A stretch of DNA of 64,000 nt from Minisyncoccota bacterium (GTDB lineage Bacteria; Patescibacteriota; Minisyncoccia; Phycocordibacterales; UBA2100), in the NCBI GenBank assembly GCA_965267345.1, contig OZ253947.1, positions 398,665-462,664 of the forward strand, read 5' to 3'. This document shows positions 29,189 through 38,527 of this stretch, one piece after another (the first letter of the stretch is position 1; each line of letters opens with the position of its first letter). A model generated the notes under the pieces. The model was not told the DNA's origin. It did not search any database and worked only from the letters and a program-made list of their open reading frames with translations. The position numbers and the translations under genes are program-made.

Positions 29189-29299
29189 TTACTCCGTTGC
29201 AAGCGATGTCATGGTGCGAAACGCAGCAGCAACGTCGCTTGTGTCACCATTGAGCACAGTCTCTTCAAGTTCTTGTGCTCGCGTTGCGTCTAGTGACAT
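29189..29299 (-). CDS. Small hypothetical peptide (36 aa)
   Basis: MSLDATRAQELEETVLNGD...; upstream TGCTATAAT near 29402-29410 and downstream terminator. Confidence 0.4.
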   Translation of the reverse strand: MSLDATRAQELEETVLNGDTSDVAAAFRTMTSLATE

Positions 29300-29546
29300 A
29301 TCTTTATGTGATGAAAACGATAATTGGAAAAGCATACGCACTCTCGTGTGTGAGATGTTCGTGGCGTATCTCACGAACAATTGCGCGCTCACCCTGCAGG
29401 CAATTATAGCATGTCAGCAGGTTCCATTAGTCCACAGTTTATGACACATGTTTGACGCGTTGTGGAAGCATGTGGCGTTGTGCTCAAAACAGCACGAGCG
29501 AGAAATAGAAAACGTCGAAGCATTGCTCCGACGTCACTATTTCTTG

Positions 29547-29620
29547 TGCTCGGGGGCGGACTCGAACCGCCGACCCTTCGCTCTTCAGGCGAATGCTCTA
29601 GCCAACTGAGCTACCCGAGC
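29547..29620 (-). tRNA. tRNA-Phe(GAA)
   Basis: GCTCGGG...CCCGAGC A; loop CTGAAGA. Confidence 0.95.
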
Positions 29621-29717
29621 AAATGAGGAACAAAACGAGAATAGCATGCGTTCTCATTTTTTCCGAGTGTCGCTCGGGTAAGCGCAGCTTGCCCGAGCAA
29701 ATGATGCGACCCAGTTG

Positions 29718-30020
29718 CTACTGGGTTCCAGAAAAGTCTACACCAGGAATGCTGTTAAGCAAGTCAATGATGCCTTGCATCTGTCCCTGCGCTGACGCAC
29801 CGGTCGACTGCACCTGTGCGGCAACTGTGGCAAATTCGTTAATAGTCGGTGCGACAAATTGAAAATAGAGCCACACGGGAATACCGAGCAACACACCGTA
29901 GAGCACAATCTTGAAGATAAGTCCCCAGAGCGCAGCACGGCGCATTTTGCGGATCATTTTGTTATTTGCCTTGGCAAGTTCGTACGTCTTGCGCAATAGG
30001 TCGTCGTCACGCTGTGGCAT
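29718..30020 (-). CDS. Hypothetical single-TM protein
   Basis: MPQRDDDLLRKTYELAKANNKMIRKMRR plus TM; TATACT just upstream. Confidence 0.7.
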   Translation of the reverse strand: MPQRDDDLLRKTYELAKANNKMIRKMRRAALWGLIFKIVLYGVLLGIPVWLYFQFVAPTINEFATVAAQVQSTGASAQGQMQGIIDLLNSIPGVDFSGTQ

Positions 30021-30045
30021 GCACAGAGTATAGCAAACTCTCGCG

Positions 30046-30477
30046 CTAGCGCAGGCGTTCTGTGTACAGTGACAAAAATTCGGGAAATGCCGAATGCGTC
30101 GGATTCGGTATCGTATCGAGCGTACACCACTCGAGTGCGTCAAACTTATGCGGTTCCCCAATGGCAACACGCGTCGGATCAACCCGCACTTTAAAGTCGA
30201 GACCGATCCAGTGTGTTTTTGCCCCTCCATGTTCGCGGTGCACATCACGGAACCCTAAGAATTCGTAGTCGATCACTTCAGTACAGTACTCTTCTTGTAT
30301 TTCTTTCCGCAGCGTATCTTCAACCGATTCACCGTGCTCAAGTCCACCGCTGCCAATATCCCAACAGCCATGCTCATCGCGACACTGCGCACTGCGCTTT
30401 GCCATGAGAAACTTCCCGTTTCCATCGTGACAGAAAAAGACAACTGAAACCCCCGTGTAATCTTCACCCTTTTTCAC
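30046..30477 (-). CDS. NUDIX hydrolase
   Basis: GGLEHGESVEDTLRKEIQEE Nudix box. Confidence 0.9.
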   Translation of the reverse strand: MKKGEDYTGVSVVFFCHDGNGKFLMAKRSAQCRDEHGCWDIGSGGLEHGESVEDTLRKEIQEEYCTEVIDYEFLGFRDVHREHGGAKTHWIGLDFKVRVDPTRVAIGEPHKFDALEWCTLDTIPNPTHSAFPEFLSLYTERLR

Positions 30478-30491
30478 CGAATTACTATAGC

Positions 30492-30719
30492 AGTGTCCTC
30501 GGTAGGAGTCGATATCAGCTCACTACGCATTTTTATGTCTTCGGCACGCTCAGACTTAAAAATACCAAGTGGCTCCTATCCGGACTCGCCGACCCAGCCC
30601 TTCTCGAAGGGCTGGGTGCCCCGGGTCCGTCTTTCGCCTCAACCGACGACGTGTTGCTCATGGCAGCAGATGCGTCGCATCTTCTGCGTGAGCATACAAG
30701 TGTCCTCGGTAGGAGTCGA
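30492..30719 (-). mobile_element. 207-bp tRNA-Arg-linked element bounded by a 21-bp direct repeat of the tRNA 3' end
   Basis: AGTGTCCTCGGTAGGAGTCGA at 30492-30512 and 30699-30719; internal hairpins. Confidence 0.7.
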
Positions 30720-30772
30720 ACCTACATTTGCCCCTTAGGAGGGGGCCGTTCTGTCCGTTGAACTACGAGGAC
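30701..30772 (-). tRNA. tRNA-Arg(CCT)
   Basis: GTCCTCG...CGAGGAC A; loop CTCCTAA. Confidence 0.95.
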
Positions 30773-30838
30773 TCAGTGGCAAGCCTATCACAAAACGCCC
30801 CAAACGGGGCGTTTTGTAGATGCAAGGTAGGAATCACG

Positions 30839-31078
30839 CTACATCTCAAGGAGTGAGCGAATGCGTCCCTCATCGAAACCAATGACCATGTCGTCACCGA
30901 TGAAGATGACAGGAACGCCCATCTGGCCGCTGCGCGTTACCATTTCTTGCGCCTTTTCCTGATCTTCAGCGACGTTGTGTTCAGTGTACTCAACGCCATT
31001 TTCGGTGAAGAATTCCTTCGCCTGCTGGCAAAAATGGCACGTTGGGGTGCTGTAAATGACTACTGTTTTATCCGTCAT
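30839..31078 (-). CDS. Glutaredoxin / NrdH-like redoxin
   Basis: YSTPTCHFC, GVPVI, GFD. Confidence 0.92.
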   Translation of the reverse strand: MTDKTVVIYSTPTCHFCQQAKEFFTENGVEYTEHNVAEDQEKAQEMVTRSGQMGVPVIFIGDDMVIGFDEGRIRSLLEM

Positions 31079-31134
31079 ATATGTTGATTACATATTTCTA
31101 ACGGATACAGTATAGCATGCATTGGAAAGATGCA

Positions 31135-31371
31135 GCCCCGAAAGCGGGCATCAGCTCACTAATTCGCTTACGCTCATAAGTGGCTCCTGCCCAGGCTCGT
31201 CTTCCTCGCTCCATGTACGTCGCTCGGATATGACTCCGCCGCTCGAATCGTCGCGTTGCTCCGATATATTCGCTCTTTTCGATTCCCCACGAAAGCCAAG
31301 TAGTTGGCTTTCTCATCTCCGAGCACGCACATAAAAATACCATTGCACGCAGCGGCATTTTTATGGCGTTG
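31135..31371 (-). repeat. tRNA-Gly-linked structured element (same family as Arg- and Ser-linked copies)
   Basis: 31232-31287 matches 50062-50117 at 49/56 in reverse complement; ATCAGCTCACTA and AAGTGGCTCCT shared with 30514-30577. Confidence 0.7.
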
Positions 31372-31442
31372 TGCGGGATGCGAGAATCGAACTCGCGACT
31401 TAAGCTTGGGAAGCTTACGTTATGCCACTTAACTAATCCCGC
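31372..31442 (-). tRNA. tRNA-Gly(CCC)
   Basis: GCGGGAT...ATCCCGC A; loop TTCCCAA. Confidence 0.93.
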
Positions 31443-31454
31443 GTGCGCTCTATG

Positions 31455-31838
31455 TTACTCGTCGAAACCAAAAAAGGAAATAACGCGCTGCCACAGGCTT
31501 TGTGATGTCTCCCGTGCCGCTGCTTCCTGTTCCGGTGCATCAACAAGAATAATGAGATGTTCGCCGTCCCGCCCGACGTCAAAACTGTGGCGAATTTCTT
31601 CTTCAAGACCGCGCTCCGTCTCCAGCCGCTGCATCTCGGTGCGCAATGATGATGCGCGCTGCTCGAGCTCGTTGAGCTCCTGCTCAGCCTGCAGGCGATT
31701 TTCTTTGGCAAACCGCGCCTTTTGGTAGACACCCCACGTGCCGCGTACAAACACCACAACCAAAACGAGCAGGAGGAGGAGGCTGATTTTTGAAAAGAGA
31801 ATACGGCGCAGTCGCTGCTTATCAGATACCCCAAGCAT
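31455..31838 (-). CDS. Septum formation initiator (FtsB/DivIC family)
   Basis: TM plus coiled coil; LEEEIR..F.V.RDGE. Confidence 0.8.
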   Translation of the reverse strand: MLGVSDKQRLRRILFSKISLLLLLVLVVVFVRGTWGVYQKARFAKENRLQAEQELNELEQRASSLRTEMQRLETERGLEEEIRHSFDVGRDGEHLIILVDAPEQEAAARETSQSLWQRVISFFGFDE

Positions 31839-31906
31839 ATGCTAGTATTGTACCCTGATAGTGAATGTTCTGCCGACGCAGCCATTTCGCTACAGGGCAT
31901 AGCACC

Positions 31907-32023
31907 ATGAGTTTCTTATTTGATGAAAAATCTAAAAAAGCGATGAAGTGGGTCTGGATTGTTCTGGGCATCCTCATTATCGCCAGTATGGTTGTTGCGT
32001 ATTCACCAGGGCTCTTCACGTAG
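31907..32023 (+). CDS. Small membrane protein (38 aa; below ORF-track cutoff)
   Basis: MSFLFDEKSKKAMKWVWIVLGILIIASMVVAYSPGLFT: basic patch plus a single TM. Confidence 0.6.
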   Translation: MSFLFDEKSKKAMKWVWIVLGILIIASMVVAYSPGLFT

Positions 32024-32024
32024 C

Positions 32025-33806
32025 CTACTCGGAACGCATCACTTTCATGAATGCCTCGTGCGGGATGTGGACTTTCCCGCGCTCGAGCGCTTTCTTCTTT
32101 CCCTTCTTTTGCTTCTCGAGCAGCTTTTTCTTACGTGTCACGTCGCCACCGTATAGATACCCCGTCACATCTTTGCGCAGTGCAGATATTTTTTCACTGG
32201 CAATAATGCGCCCAGACGCCCGTGCCTGAATTTTGACTACAAAGAGCTGTCGTGGAAGCACGTCTTTAAGCTTCCCAACCATGTCACGGGCCTCTTCTTC
32301 GACGCGTCGGCGCGACACAATACGGCTAAATGCCGGTGCAAGCTCTTCGGCAACAAGTATATCGAGCCGTGTCACATCAGCATCACGCATACCCAATGGC
32401 TCATACGACAGCGACCCGAAGCCCGATGAAGCATTTTTAAGTTTATCGAAAAAGTTGCGCATCATCTCACGCAGCGGCATTTCTGCCACCAGCTTTGTGC
32501 GCCCGTCGGGCATGGTCTCGGTTTTCGTCACGGTTGCTTCATGCTCATGTAGTAGCTGCATGCTGCTCCCCAGATACGCGGCCGGTACAATGATGGTTGC
32601 TTCGATCCACTGCTCACGTATGTTCGTTGCCTCCCCGTCATGCGGAAACTGTGTTGGCGTGTACACGTTACGCGTGGTGCCATTTTTCCACGTCACTTCG
32701 TAGACCGTTGTCGGTAACGTCACAATCAGGTCAATATCAAATTCGCGACGAAGGCGTTCGGTAATGATCTCCATGTGCAGCATACCGAGGAAGCCGCAGC
32801 GAAACCCGCGCCCCATCACACCACTCGCCTCTTCCTCATACGAGAGCGACGAATCAACAAGACGCAGCCGCTCGAGCGCTTGACGCAGCAGCGGGAGATC
32901 ATCCTGACTCTCAGGGTACACGCTCGCCCAGATCACCGGATGTGGCTCGCGATAGCCGGAGAGCGCAGGTGTTGCGGCACGCGCTGCAACAACCGTATCA
33001 CCGACATTTACAATTCCCGGTTTTTTAATACCCGTGACAATGTAGCCAATCTCGCCGGCACTGAGCTTTTCCCGTGACTCTTCGGTCGGGTTGAAAATAC
33101 CGGTTTCGAGCGCAGTAAACTGCTCTTGTGCAATCGCAAAACGCAGTTTCTCGCCCTGTGCAATACGGCCGCCGACAACACGCACAAACAAAACGATGCC
33201 GCGATGATCGGAGTATTTAAAGTCAAATATGAGCCCGCGCTGGTCAGCGCCTTCCTCAATTGGTGCCGGCACATCGCGCACAATCCGCTCGAGCAACTCA
33301 GGAACGCCAGCACCCGTCTTTCCGGACGTGGCAATAATATCGTGCTCATCAATGTCGAGTAACAACGAGAGCTCAGCACGAATGTCGTCGACGCGTGCCA
33401 GTGGTGAGTCAACCTTCGACAAAACGGGAATAACGACAAGTCCTTGCTCGCGTGCCAATTGTAGTACCGACAGTGTCTGTGCCTGCACACCCTGTGTCGC
33501 ATCTACGAGCAACACAACACCTTCAACGGCAGACAACGCGCGCGATACTTCGTACGCAAAATCAATATGTCCGGGGGTATCAATGAGATTGATGATGTAT
33601 CGCTCGCCACCCGATGTCCACTCCATGCGCACCGGCTGCATTTTTATGGTAATCCCTCGCTCCCGCTCAAGATCCATCTGGTCAAGCACCTGATCGCGCA
33701 TCTTGCGCTCAGGAATCGTGCCGGTGACCTCGAGCATGCGGTCAGCCAACGTCGATTTACCGTGATCGATGTGGGCAATAATGCTGAAATTTCGTATCTG
33801 TTCCAT
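32025..33806 (-). CDS. lepA: Elongation factor 4
   Basis: IRNFSIIAHIDHGKSTLADR, GFLGMLHMEI, KKLLEKQKKGK. Confidence 0.98.
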   Translation of the reverse strand: MEQIRNFSIIAHIDHGKSTLADRMLEVTGTIPERKMRDQVLDQMDLERERGITIKMQPVRMEWTSGGERYIINLIDTPGHIDFAYEVSRALSAVEGVVLLVDATQGVQAQTLSVLQLAREQGLVVIPVLSKVDSPLARVDDIRAELSLLLDIDEHDIIATSGKTGAGVPELLERIVRDVPAPIEEGADQRGLIFDFKYSDHRGIVLFVRVVGGRIAQGEKLRFAIAQEQFTALETGIFNPTEESREKLSAGEIGYIVTGIKKPGIVNVGDTVVAARAATPALSGYREPHPVIWASVYPESQDDLPLLRQALERLRLVDSSLSYEEEASGVMGRGFRCGFLGMLHMEIITERLRREFDIDLIVTLPTTVYEVTWKNGTTRNVYTPTQFPHDGEATNIREQWIEATIIVPAAYLGSSMQLLHEHEATVTKTETMPDGRTKLVAEMPLREMMRNFFDKLKNASSGFGSLSYEPLGMRDADVTRLDILVAEELAPAFSRIVSRRRVEEEARDMVGKLKDVLPRQLFVVKIQARASGRIIASEKISALRKDVTGYLYGGDVTRKKKLLEKQKKGKKKALERGKVHIPHEAFMKVMRSE

Positions 33807-33851
33807 ACCGTTACTCCAAAGATGTCTTAGCTGCGGCGCACGTCCGTGGCG

Positions 33852-35534
33852 CTATACATCTGTACCACGTTCCGTGCCACTTGAGAAGATTGGGACGTAC
33901 TTCCAGAAGCGATTTCCCACGGCGCGACGCACTTCGCGTAATTCACTGTTCCCCAGTAGTGCGAGCACGCACACGCCCGCACCGATACCAACGGTGCCTG
34001 CAGTAAACCCTTGCAGGAAAATGCCGACAAACGTGTCGATATCAACAAGTCGCGCCATCCATTGGAGTACTTCGTGTGCCGCAAAGCCGGCAACAATGGC
34101 TGCGGAGAAACTTTCGAAAAATGCCCGTTCAATACGGCCTGCAATAGCAGTAAAGTCACGACGGAAGAGCCACAAGAAGATGCCTGCATTGATCAGCGCA
34201 AAGAGTGCGAAGGCTAACGGCAGCATGAGCACCTCAGTGCCCGGCAAGCCACTAACACGCAACATATCTTCGATGAAATAACGGAAAAACGGCTCTGTGC
34301 GAAACGCATGTACTAACGCCAGTGCACTCACAATGACACCAATGGCCGTCCCGATGTTTACAATGAGCGGCTTCCACGTACGGCCGGCAGCGTAGTAGCC
34401 ACGGACGAATAACAATGTGAGTGACTGGGCAACAAGCGACACCGCAAACAACGCGAGTGCTGCAGCGGTCAGGCGTGTCGCTGTCCAGTCAAATGCACCG
34501 CCACCGAGCACCACACGCACAATCTGTGCCCGCAACACAATAGTCAGCACGATCAGTGGAATCGACCAGAAAATAATGTGTCGCGCCGCGGCGATCATCT
34601 GCTCAGAAAATTGCGTCACTTTGCCGTGTGAGAAAAATCGCGCGAGCGTGGGAAATGCCGCCACGGAGTAGCTGGCACCGATAATAGCAAGCGGCGCTGA
34701 CTGCAGGTTAAAGGCAAGTGAGAACACCGATACTGATCCTGCACCCATTGTTGCGGCAAACGCAACCAGCGCAAACAGTACAAAGTGATTTGCCGTCAGT
34801 GAAATGGCGCGCGGTACAGATACGGCAGTGATCTGCCAAAGCTCGCGCATATGAATTTTAAACGATGAAAGACGCAGGTACCCAGTGCGCATCACGAATG
34901 GCACCTGTATCGCGACATGGAGAAATGCACCAATGACCACACCATAGGTGATACCCACAACACCATAGTGCGGGTAGAGTGCGACAATACCGAAGATGAT
35001 GGAAAGGTTGTAGAGTAATGGCGCAAGTGCGTACAATAGAAAGCGCCCGTGTGCCTGTGTCACACTCGCCAAGATTCCGGAGAGTCCAAGGAGCATCGGC
35101 TGCGCGAGCAATACGCGACTGAGTGTGATCAACAGTCCATCTTCAAGTGCAACGAGTGTCGGAAAGAAATGAGCTAAAAGCGCGGGAAGTGCAAACCACA
35201 GGACGCCGCTCACCAGCAGTATCAGTACGCTAAAACCCGCAACAACATTGCCGACAATGTCATACCGCTCTTGCGCCGCGTCAATCCGCGTCAGCAGTGG
35301 TACGAGAATAAAGACTGAAACCAGTGATGCAAGTGAGACGTAGACGACGTCAGGAATACGAAACGCAGCGTAGTAGATATCGAGTAAATTGCCGGCACCA
35401 AAAAGTGACGCAAGTAGCCGATCGCGCACGAGTGCAAGCAAGGTTGAGAGCAACGTGAAAAATCCCAAAAGATACGCGGCTTCGTGTAAGCCGCGCGTCT
35501 CCCCCTCCATAAACCGCAAAATACGTCGCATCAT
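33852..35534 (-). CDS. murJ: Lipid II flippase MurJ
   Basis: RDRLLA..FGAG...D.YYAAFRIPD; about 14 TMs. Confidence 0.92.
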   Translation of the reverse strand: MMRRILRFMEGETRGLHEAAYLLGFFTLLSTLLALVRDRLLASLFGAGNLLDIYYAAFRIPDVVYVSLASLVSVFILVPLLTRIDAAQERYDIVGNVVAGFSVLILLVSGVLWFALPALLAHFFPTLVALEDGLLITLSRVLLAQPMLLGLSGILASVTQAHGRFLLYALAPLLYNLSIIFGIVALYPHYGVVGITYGVVIGAFLHVAIQVPFVMRTGYLRLSSFKIHMRELWQITAVSVPRAISLTANHFVLFALVAFAATMGAGSVSVFSLAFNLQSAPLAIIGASYSVAAFPTLARFFSHGKVTQFSEQMIAAARHIIFWSIPLIVLTIVLRAQIVRVVLGGGAFDWTATRLTAAALALFAVSLVAQSLTLLFVRGYYAAGRTWKPLIVNIGTAIGVIVSALALVHAFRTEPFFRYFIEDMLRVSGLPGTEVLMLPLAFALFALINAGIFLWLFRRDFTAIAGRIERAFFESFSAAIVAGFAAHEVLQWMARLVDIDTFVGIFLQGFTAGTVGIGAGVCVLALLGNSELREVRRAVGNRFWKYVPIFSSGTERGTDV

Positions 35535-35550
35535 CGTAGCCTAGCACGGA

Positions 35551-37899
35551 TTAGGATTCCTCAGAAACCGGCAGCTCATCGCGCTCAATCGGCGCTTCCT
35601 CTGCCTCTTCAAAGACACTAAAGGCTGATTCGCCCGCACGCAGTGCTTCGATAATCTGCTGCACTTCTACGTTATCAGGATTCAGTGCGCCGACACGTTC
35701 AAATGCTGCCTGCGCTCCTGCTGCATTTCCGAGTCGATCGTATGAGAGTCCGAGGAAGTACAGTGCATTTGCGTAATCTTCATTAATGCGCACTGCTTCC
35801 TCAAGTGCCTGCGCTGCGCTTTCATATTGTCCGTCGCTGTAGTAGAGCAAGCCGAGCTGGAACAGGAGTCCTGCATTGTCAGGACGCAGGAGTACTGCCG
35901 ATTCGGTCGATCGAATTGCCTCAGTGGTATTGCCTGCCTGAATTTCAATCTGCGAGAGAATAAAGAACGCGTCAGTGTAGTTTGATTTCAATGCCAGTGT
36001 GCGATCGATGTGCTCCCGTGCCAGATCAAGATTTTCTTGTTCCAGTGCAAGGCGTGCAAGGCTCACCGGAATCACCGGTGTGGTCGGGTTGCGCCGCTGA
36101 GCCTCTTCGTACGTAGTGACTGCATTTTCGTATGCGCCCTCCACACCCAACGGAACCAACTGCGCGTAAATATCAGCAAGCAATAGCCAGTGATTGTAGT
36201 TTCCCGATTCAGTATTTGCCGCAGCCTGCGCGGAGCGAATCGTTGCACTTAATTGTGTCTGAAACTCCTGACGCTGTGCAGCAACATCGTCGTCCTGTCG
36301 ATTAAGTATCTCAGAGAGCCGCGCAACGCCAACGTTTGCTTTCAGTTGCTCACTACGTGTTCCGTTACCCAACAGCGTTGCTCGATCAGCGACCGCCACC
36401 GCACGCGCGAAGTCACCTGTATTAGCGATGGCAACTGCACGATTGAGCGTCGCATTTGCGTACACGCGCTCAGCCTCAATAAGAATTGCACTGACAGACA
36501 GCACGCCGACAATTAGTACGCCAAAGGTGAGCGCGACACCATGCGCGTAACCGGCATGCGCCGTGAGTTCGCGAGTGCGTACGACACCACTGGCAGCAGC
36601 AATACCAACTGCAGCACCTGTCAGAATAAACGCACTCGCGAGCACAACGATTTGCGGCACGTAGAAAATCGCCAGTACCCACAGATACGCCGCCGCGCTG
36701 TATGACGATACGGCAATGAGCATGTGCTCACGCTGCAGTGGTCGGTGCACAAGAATTCGAAAACCGAGTACAAGAAATGCCACGAAGAATACAATGAGTG
36801 CCGCACCGACGATAATGCCGCCCGTCACAAAGAGCGTCGGAATCAGACCGATACCGAAGCCGAAATCAACGTTCCAGAATGCCGTTTCGTTGACGACGAG
36901 CGGTTTATGGATGACCCATGCGCGCGAGAATAAGTTCGGCCCAGCTCCCGCAATCCAATTGTCTTGGTAAACAGCATTTCCGACATCAATCGTTGCTTGC
37001 CACGACGGGCGTACATCAAGATACGCAATGTCAAACGTGGCAATGATGCGTTCACCGAGTGTCGTTCCCGCAACGAGAAACAACACTGCAATAAGGGCCA
37101 CAATACCGCCTGAGAGCAATCGCCGTGCGGGAAATGTATGTGCGTAGACACCACTTTCCTGAGAGTATGATGCATCTACCACTGCGTACACCATGAGCAG
37201 AAGCGTGAAGGCAAGCAGCGCACCCCATGCCGCCGCAAGATTTACGAATACCAACGCACCAAGTGCCAACACGAGTACGCTGTAAAGAAAGACGCGATAC
37301 AGTCGCGTAGTACCGACGAGCATGAGATTACTCAGTGCAAGGAGTGCTGCCAAACCGCCAAATACCGCCATGTCATTCCAACTTCCCAGCAGCGTCGCGG
37401 TCACTGTATCTGAAAATATGCTCCCGAATACCCCATCAACGCCGAACAGAATACGGGCAACGTGGAAAAGCCCGAAGAGGAAGAATGAACCCAGTATCGT
37501 CTGCTGGAGGCGTACAACTTGCAGTGGTGTACGCGCTACAAGCGCGACGGTTGCCAGTGCACTAACGCAGACAAAGAGTGCCAGTGTGGTATCACGCTCA
37601 AATCCAAACCCAATGAGTGAACGGATAACAGCATCTGAGAGAAGCGCAGCGATTAGGTGCGCGCCAACGAGACCAATGGCAGACCACAACAGTATCGTAC
37701 TGGGAAATGTGACGCGGTGTTCATTGAGCCGTGCAACTGCCCAAAGCGTGAGCGATGTCATAACGCCAAGGGTGAGTACTCCTAGCTTCGTTAACTGCAA
37801 CACCACAAGGTCTGTCGGTACAAAAACAATCGGCAATGCGAACACGGTCGCCAGTAAAATAAAAAATGCAATGCTATCAAGACGATGTGCGATTCTCAT
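35551..37899 (-). CDS. Multi-TM O-antigen-ligase-like protein with C-terminal TPR repeats
   Basis: About 12 TMs, TLLG.WND, GAGPN.F; TPR repeats. Confidence 0.75.
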   Translation of the reverse strand: MRIAHRLDSIAFFILLATVFALPIVFVPTDLVVLQLTKLGVLTLGVMTSLTLWAVARLNEHRVTFPSTILLWSAIGLVGAHLIAALLSDAVIRSLIGFGFERDTTLALFVCVSALATVALVARTPLQVVRLQQTILGSFFLFGLFHVARILFGVDGVFGSIFSDTVTATLLGSWNDMAVFGGLAALLALSNLMLVGTTRLYRVFLYSVLVLALGALVFVNLAAAWGALLAFTLLLMVYAVVDASYSQESGVYAHTFPARRLLSGGIVALIAVLFLVAGTTLGERIIATFDIAYLDVRPSWQATIDVGNAVYQDNWIAGAGPNLFSRAWVIHKPLVVNETAFWNVDFGFGIGLIPTLFVTGGIIVGAALIVFFVAFLVLGFRILVHRPLQREHMLIAVSSYSAAAYLWVLAIFYVPQIVVLASAFILTGAAVGIAAASGVVRTRELTAHAGYAHGVALTFGVLIVGVLSVSAILIEAERVYANATLNRAVAIANTGDFARAVAVADRATLLGNGTRSEQLKANVGVARLSEILNRQDDDVAAQRQEFQTQLSATIRSAQAAANTESGNYNHWLLLADIYAQLVPLGVEGAYENAVTTYEEAQRRNPTTPVIPVSLARLALEQENLDLAREHIDRTLALKSNYTDAFFILSQIEIQAGNTTEAIRSTESAVLLRPDNAGLLFQLGLLYYSDGQYESAAQALEEAVRINEDYANALYFLGLSYDRLGNAAGAQAAFERVGALNPDNVEVQQIIEALRAGESAFSVFEEAEEAPIERDELPVSEES

Positions 37900-37993
37900 A
37901 GACACACAAAAGCGCAATACGCTTTCACATTAATTGATGTAGTAATGGATACAGTATAGCAAGCTTCTCCCGCGCCACGCCATGGGTACAGTG

Positions 37994-38026
37994 CAAAAAC
38001 CCGCTGCGGTATGCAGCGGGTTTTTG
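37994..38026 (-). terminator. Terminator downstream of rnpB
   Basis: CAAAAACCCGCTGC-GGTAT-GCAGCGGGTTTTTG. Confidence 0.75.
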
Positions 38027-38035
38027 ACCTGTGTG

Positions 38036-38408
38036 CCGTCCGTGTCTGTAAGCCGAATTCTGTCCTTGCTGCGCGTGCACCAGAGCGCGGCAATGTGCAA
38101 TCATTTATCTGGGACGTACGTTACCGTACGCCTCGTGCGGCACCCACTCGCGCAAAGCGCGAGAGTACGACCTTGCACGCAGGTAGGAATTTTGCCGTTT
38201 CACCCTTGCCTTGCGACAAGATTATTCCCGAAGGGAATCCGTAGCATCTCTGCTGTGGCGTCACTGTTCGCATCCCTATCCAGCCCACATGTTTGTAGGC
38301 TGGGCGACGGGCGTTACCCGCTACCCTGCTGCCCCGCACGAATGCGAGGCGCGTGTTCGGACTTTCCTCCCCCATGTTGCCATAGAGGCAATTGCCCAAC
38401 ACGGACCC
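38036..38408 (-). ncRNA. rnpB: RNase P RNA
   Basis: Minus strand GAGGAAAGTCC (P4 5') and ACAGAATTCGGCTTAC (P4 3'); ends approximate. Confidence 0.95.
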
Positions 38409-38527
38409 GCGTATTATACAATGCAATACGTTTTTGTAAATAACCCCCATGCTGCACGCAAAAACCCGAGAGTCACACCCTCGAGTTTTTGTACGCACTA
38501 CTTAGAACTCTACGCTGTGAGTGAAGT

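Noticed and set aside
30492-31371. tRNA introns or protein-coding ORFs in the tRNA-linked elements
   Set aside because: The tRNAs are complete and uninterrupted; the overlapping ORFs look spurious; no group I/II core or HDV-like ribozyme fold could be identified by eye.
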